From NCBI RefSeq assembly GCF_021028975.2, contig NC_059425.1:41416001-41480000 (forward strand): a DNA stretch of 64,000 bases, written 5' to 3'. This document shows positions 61,205 through 64,000 of the stretch, piece after piece. A program made the position numbers and the translations under genes. The notes below the pieces were generated by a model. It searched no databases and had not been told where the DNA came from. It saw nothing but the letters and a program-made list of their open reading frames with translations. Numbering within the stretch: the stretch's first letter is position 1; every line of letters starts with the position of its first letter. The DNA comes from Sphaerodactylus townsendi. Its lineage: Eukaryota.

Positions 61205-61375
61205 ATGCCCTGACTTGGATAGCTCAGGCTAGCCCAAACTCATAAGATTTCAGAAGCTAATCAGGATTGGCCCCAATATTTGGATAGGAGACCAGAATTG
61301 CTGTTTATTGGCTGACAATGGCAAACCATCCCTGAACATCTCTTGCCTTGAAAAGTTGTCAAATTGGCTGTGACA
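61205..61375 (+). mobile_element. 5S rRNA-derived SINE
   Basis: GCCCTGACTTGGATAGCTCAGGCTAGCCC...GAAGCTAA...GGAGACC...CAATGGCAAACCA...TCTTGCCTTGAAAA. Confidence 0.65.
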
Positions 61376-62730
61376 GAGAAAAAAAACTTTTGATGTATAG
61401 TTCAATGAATGTAACTGGAATATGGATGCTTGAAAACCCATTACTTTAACTCGGGTCCAGTTTGCTGTTTGCAAAAAAGAGACCTGTGGTTTTTTTGATG
61501 ATCAGTTTAATAGTTTGTTAATATGCTTGTGGGTGTCCAGCAGGATATTTCACCTCATTCTTTTCTAACTATGCAGTATAGCACAACTGACTTTTCTCAT
61601 GTGTGTGTTCCCCTAGCTGCATAACCATTCCTCTTAAAAGGCAGTTGTTTAAATAGACAATAAGATCACTCACAAGTAACTTTGATTTAAGTCATCAGTA
61701 AATTCTGTGTTTCAGTAAAATGTTACCATTTGGTGTTCATCAGTTATTAGTGATACATACAGCAAGTGGTCAGTCTGAATTGTCCAGATTGATGCACATG
61801 CACATGCACAAGTTTGGGAAAACCAGATGCAAATCTGTTCAGTAGGCTTTTGTGACTGCTTGGGATGAACCAAAGTCATTGTCTTGTGTCTGATCTCCGC
61901 CTTCCAACACAGAAACTGGCAAAAATCCACAGCAAAATCCACAGTACCCTTAATCCAGAACTCCTGGGGTGAAAATGGGAAACCATCCAACACTGACTAG
62001 TCAAACCACCAGTATGGTATTGTTAAAATGATTTTGCCAGCAATCCTGAAGATACTTTTCTAGCAGTTAGCCATACGGAATAAAATAGGACTTGCTGAAC
62101 TCCAGGTGGATATCTCCAGTACATCTGGATCACAACTTTACTTCCCTTTTGACTTTTTCTGTTCCTGTTTTCCAGTGTCTCACTGTTTCGTTTGTGCTGA
62201 TATTTTTATGTGAAAATTAACACTCTGGATTGAGAAAGCAAAACAAAGACAGCAGAGCCAGGTCCGTTGGCTTTTTTTTGCAAGTATTCAGGAAAGTAGA
62301 GAACTGGACAGCAAGCAGAATGTGCATCCCCAGCAGCTTTCTGGAAGGGGGTGAAAAAGAATTGCATTTTGCTGTTTAATTATTTGGAGTTCATTATGGA
62401 TGAGGAACCACTACAGATAACAGTGTGGAAGCAATTAAAATGTACTGTGACAGCGCATTTTCCAAAGGCATTGTTGATGCCAGTTGCTAAAGTGTCCAGT
62501 CATCTCGATCTCCCAAAATGTGTTGGTTCCCTCAGTGGAGACATCCATCAGCTGGGCAAAAAAAAAAAAGACCAGTCAGTTGTTTGCATATTGGTTTTCC
62601 ATGATTCATGATGCTGCAAACCCCAATTAACCCTGCTGTGAACCTGTTTATAAGCAATGTTTTCTCACACCAGCTTTCAATCAAAAAGAATTTAAACTGT
62701 TTCTCATTTGAGAAGATTTAAATATTTCAG

Positions 62731-62778
62731 GTGTGTGTGTGTGTATGTGTGCACATGTATGTATATGTATGTATATAT
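62731..62778. repeat. (TG)n/(TA)n mixed microsatellite
   Basis: Direct reading. Confidence 0.85.
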
Positions 62779-64000
62779 GGCTTACTGAGAAGTGTTTGGC
62801 AGTTCGTTGTTAGTGCGCAAGGGAGATGATTTATACTATGAGATAGCCTTTTCCCCCTTCCTGCTAGACTTTCCACTCTTTTACTCATCAGTGGTGAATC
62901 ATTGTGATATCTGGGACTGGGGAGTAGAAACAGCTGTCTTGGACTCCTGAGGGAACCATGTTGAGTCTCAGGTCTTATATCCACCTTTCAAAAGAAGCCA
63001 CAGTTTTTTCACACTCCCCTGGGTTACTTATGTAGAATTGTCAACAGAGCAAGTAAAAACATAGCCTGGCATGAGAGTTGGCATCTGCACCTGGTCACTT
63101 TCCAGAACTTTTTGAATTAAAAAAAATAGAAATTTGGTCTGGTTGTCAGAATAGTCTGTATATAGTGAAAGGATTGGAGGGGGTATTGATGAAAATCAAC
63201 TCATAATTTCAGCTTGTTATGGTTGCTTCAGCTGAAAAATTTAAGGTGCTTTATAGCTAGAGTATCCTGCCAAGTTTGTTGAAGGAGAAATTCCTAGATG
63301 AATTTGGAGGTTTGTGTCCAGGTGAAGCATCAGTCATTTTAAGCAAAAAACTGGGAACAAGAAAACATCTCAAGAGTGATCAAAGTGACCTCAAGAGAAA
63401 TTATAATGATGTTATTACTAGTATTAGTATTTGTACGTATAAACCACCCTCTCCCTTTTGGGTTCAGGGTGGCTTACACAATGTCTAATATAATAATAAA
63501 TATAAATATGATAAAACAGAAGATTAAAACCATATCAATTACAATAACTTACTTTAAAAAAACCATGGTGACTAATACTCAACATTAAAATCCTATCCCA
63601 GAACTACAGAAATAGGAAGGGGGAGAGATGGGTGGTGGTGAGATCTAAATTCTGAAAGGATAGATGCTAAGTGGGTAATTGTGGGGTTGAGTCCCAAAGT
63701 AAAGGTACCACCACAAAGTTAATGTACCACCCCCATCTTTTACACCTCTGAGGGTTGGTGGGCACACAGTGAAAGGCCTCTGCTTAAAGTTGTAGTTGGT
63801 GGGTAGGCTTGTGTGGAAATAAGCAATTCTTTATGCATCCTTACTTCCAAACTATTTAGGTCTTTAATGACCAGTGCTTTTTAGTGTGTTTAGGATTAGA
63901 CAGGCAGCTAGATCATCCCATATTGATGGGACAGATTTAATAGGACAGCTGCGTATCTGGATATTTATACCCCATTTTTCTCCCTATCAGCGAGACAAAG

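Overview
Vertebrate non-coding DNA, most likely from a squamate reptile (gecko-like, judged from the SINE, MITE and Penelope families). I could not identify any host protein-coding exon or RNA gene; the window looks like a large intron or intergenic region dominated by transposable elements. Best-supported features: (1) a full-length Ty3/Gypsy chromovirus (50661-56107, minus strand, TSD AGTAC) whose primer-binding site is complementary to its own predicted transcript 5' end, i.e. Tf1/sushi-type self-priming; (2) a decayed IS630/Tc1/mariner transposase with about DD82E spacing (Sailor-like) at ~1770-2420; (3) Penelope-like terminal repeats carrying minimal hammerhead ribozyme motifs (1343-1585, 18959-19219); (4) a 4.3-kb CR1 LINE interrupted by five nested elements and a short telomeric-repeat patch; (5) PIF/Harbinger-type MITEs sharing GGCCNTTTCCGCAC-like TIRs, one carrying a ~540-bp foldback; (6) hAT MITEs with 8-bp TSDs, solo LTRs with 5-bp TSDs, tRNA- and 5S-derived SINEs and microsatellites. 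Nearly all ORFs in the supplied track are chance ORFs or TE fragments. All coordinates were read by eye and family names come from recalled motifs, not database searches.
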